From: Lama guanicoe
Lineage: Eukaryota
NCBI GenBank assembly: GCA_013239625.1
Contig: MU053881.1
Span: 496,001 to 560,000, forward strand
Direction: 5' to 3'
DNA length: 64,000 bases
Shown here: positions 62,423 through 64,000 of the stretch, one piece after another
How the letters are laid out: every line of letters starts with the position of its first letter
How positions within the stretch are numbered: the stretch's first letter is position 1
The notes under the pieces: generated by a model
The model's database searches: none
The model's input: the letters and a program-made list of their open reading frames with translations, nothing else
What the model was told of the DNA's origin: nothing
Position numbers and translations under genes: made by a program

Positions 62423-62895
62423 GTGAGCTGCCCCGGCCTCCGGCTGGGAGCCTGGCTGGCCCTCCTGCCCTGGCCAGGCAAGAGCTGTCAGCCTTTACAG
62501 GGAAGAAATGGGGCTCCAGCTGTGACAGGGCTTGTGTGGGCCCATGCCAGGAGGGGCGTCCTGGGGAGCAGACACCAAGGGCGTGGCACTGTCACCGTCG
62601 CCTGGCAGCGCCCTCCCACCCACAGGAGGAGGCCTTCTCCCCTTGGGACAGGCTCTGACAGCATTCACGCCCTTGGCTGCTTGGAGGGTTTCAGGAGGAG
62701 GGCACGTCAGCTGCTCATACTTGGGTGGAGTGACTCCTCCCAGGACAGTCACCAGGGAAACTGCCTGGCACCTTGTCACTTGGCCCCAAAGTGCCGTTTC
62801 TCTGCAGTGCATTGACGTCTCCACCCTGCCGTCATCGCCCTCAAAGTCCCGCGAGGGCAGTGAGTGGGAAACAGCTACCAGCTGTGTCTCCACAG

Positions 62896-63110
62896 GGGCC
62901 TGGAACGAGATGGTGACTCACCCCGGCTACTACGCTGAGCTGGTGGAGAAGTCCACGGGGAAGTACAGCCTGGCCACGGAGGAGATCGAGCGGGACCTGC
63001 ACCGCTCCATGCCTGAGCACCCCGCCTTCCAGAACGAGCTCGGGATCGCCGCACTCCGGCGGGTGCTGACTGCCTACGCATTCCGAAACCCCACCATCGG
63101 CTACTGCCAG
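62896..63110 (+). CDS. TBC1D9B: TBC1D9B coding exon 10 (TBC catalytic R- and Q-finger motifs); gene continues beyond window
   Basis: ccacag|GG GCC TGG...TGC CAG|gtacgc; contains IERDLHR (IxxDxxR) and GYCQ (YxQ) Rab-GAP motifs; 215 nt. Confidence 0.97.
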
Positions 63111-63344
63111 GTACGCGGGGCTTAGCGGGGTCCAGAGGCAGCATCTCCCACCAGAGATGTGCAGGAGCAGCTCCCCCAGCCCTGGGTCTGAATGATGACC
63201 TCACACACCTGAGCTGTGCCCTGCTCCCCAGGAACGTCCTGACCACAGAAAAAGATGAAGTTACAAGCAACGTTAATTGCTCACCTCATCCCCGTGCCAC
63301 AATCTAAGTTGTCATTTGTGTGCTTCTGGTCTCGGTCCTGAGGC

Positions 63345-64000
63345 ATTTCATTGTGTTGTGCATGGTAAAATACATGCAGCATAAAACTTAGCATCTTAAT
63401 CATGTTAAGTGTGCAGTTCAGTAGCACCAGGCGTGTCATTGCACCGCCATCCCCACCGTCCATCTCCAGAACCCTTTTCATCTTTCAAAACAGAAATTGT
63501 ACCCATTAAACAGCTCCTCTGGTTACCTGTGGCAACCACCGTTATCCTTTCTGTCTCTGTGATTTTGACTGCTCTAAGGACCTCATAAAAGTGGAATCAT
63601 GCAGCATTTATCTTTTTTGTGACTGGCTTCTTTCATTGGCATAATGTCCTCAAGCCTCATCCGTGTTGTAGTCTGTGTCAAAATGTCCTTTTACGGCTGA
63701 ATAATATTCCATTGTATGTATACACCACGTTTTGTTTAGCCATTCATCGATGGCCACAGGTTGCTTCCACATTTTGGCTGTTGTGACTAACACTGCTGTG
63801 AGCATGGGTGTACAAAATCTGTTCCAAACCCTGTTTTCGGTTCTTTCGGGCGTATACCCAAAAGTGGAATTGCTGGATCATATGGTAAATTATATTTAAT
63901 TTTTTGAGGAATTATCAACATTTTCCACAAGAGCTGTACCATTTTACATTTCCACCCACAATGCGTAAGAGTTCTGATTTCTCCCCACCCTCACCAGCAT
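63345..64000 (-). mobile_element. L1MA/MB-type 3' end, runs off window
   Basis: ggtaaaatacatgcagcataaaact...aagtgtgcagttcagt...gtgactggcttctttca...aaaagtggaattgctggatcatatggtaa. Confidence 0.9.

Overview
Mammalian (eutherian) genomic DNA. Two tRNA-derived SINEs resembling the camelid Vic-1 family suggest alpaca, vicuna or camel. The window holds the 3' end of RNF130 (Goliath, PA-TM-RING E3 ligase): four coding exons at 4576-16817, a polyA-signal cluster, and a candidate distal alternative last exon at 27023-27132 whose reading frames the ORF track misses. On the same + strand follow the CpG-island promoter and first ten coding exons of TBC1D9B (two GRAM domains and the start of the Rab-GAP TBC domain), which runs off the right edge. 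All exon calls have AG/GT boundaries and splice in frame. The rest is intronic or intergenic, with nested L1, L2, MIR, MLT, hAT and Tigger fossils. Repeat family names and orthologue comparisons are recalled, not searched. The most notable signal is a combinatorial RNF130 C-terminus: a frame-shifting 94-nt exon encoding a hydrophobic segment feeds two alternative last exons, each readable in two frames. Also noted: two possible retroposed mRNA 3' ends, a diverged ~100-bp local duplication splitting an L1, GC-shifted patches in old repeats, and a promoter-like motif cluster in an RNF130 intron. I found no convincing wholly new biological system. Almost all ORF-track ORFs are chance ORFs or exon read-throughs.
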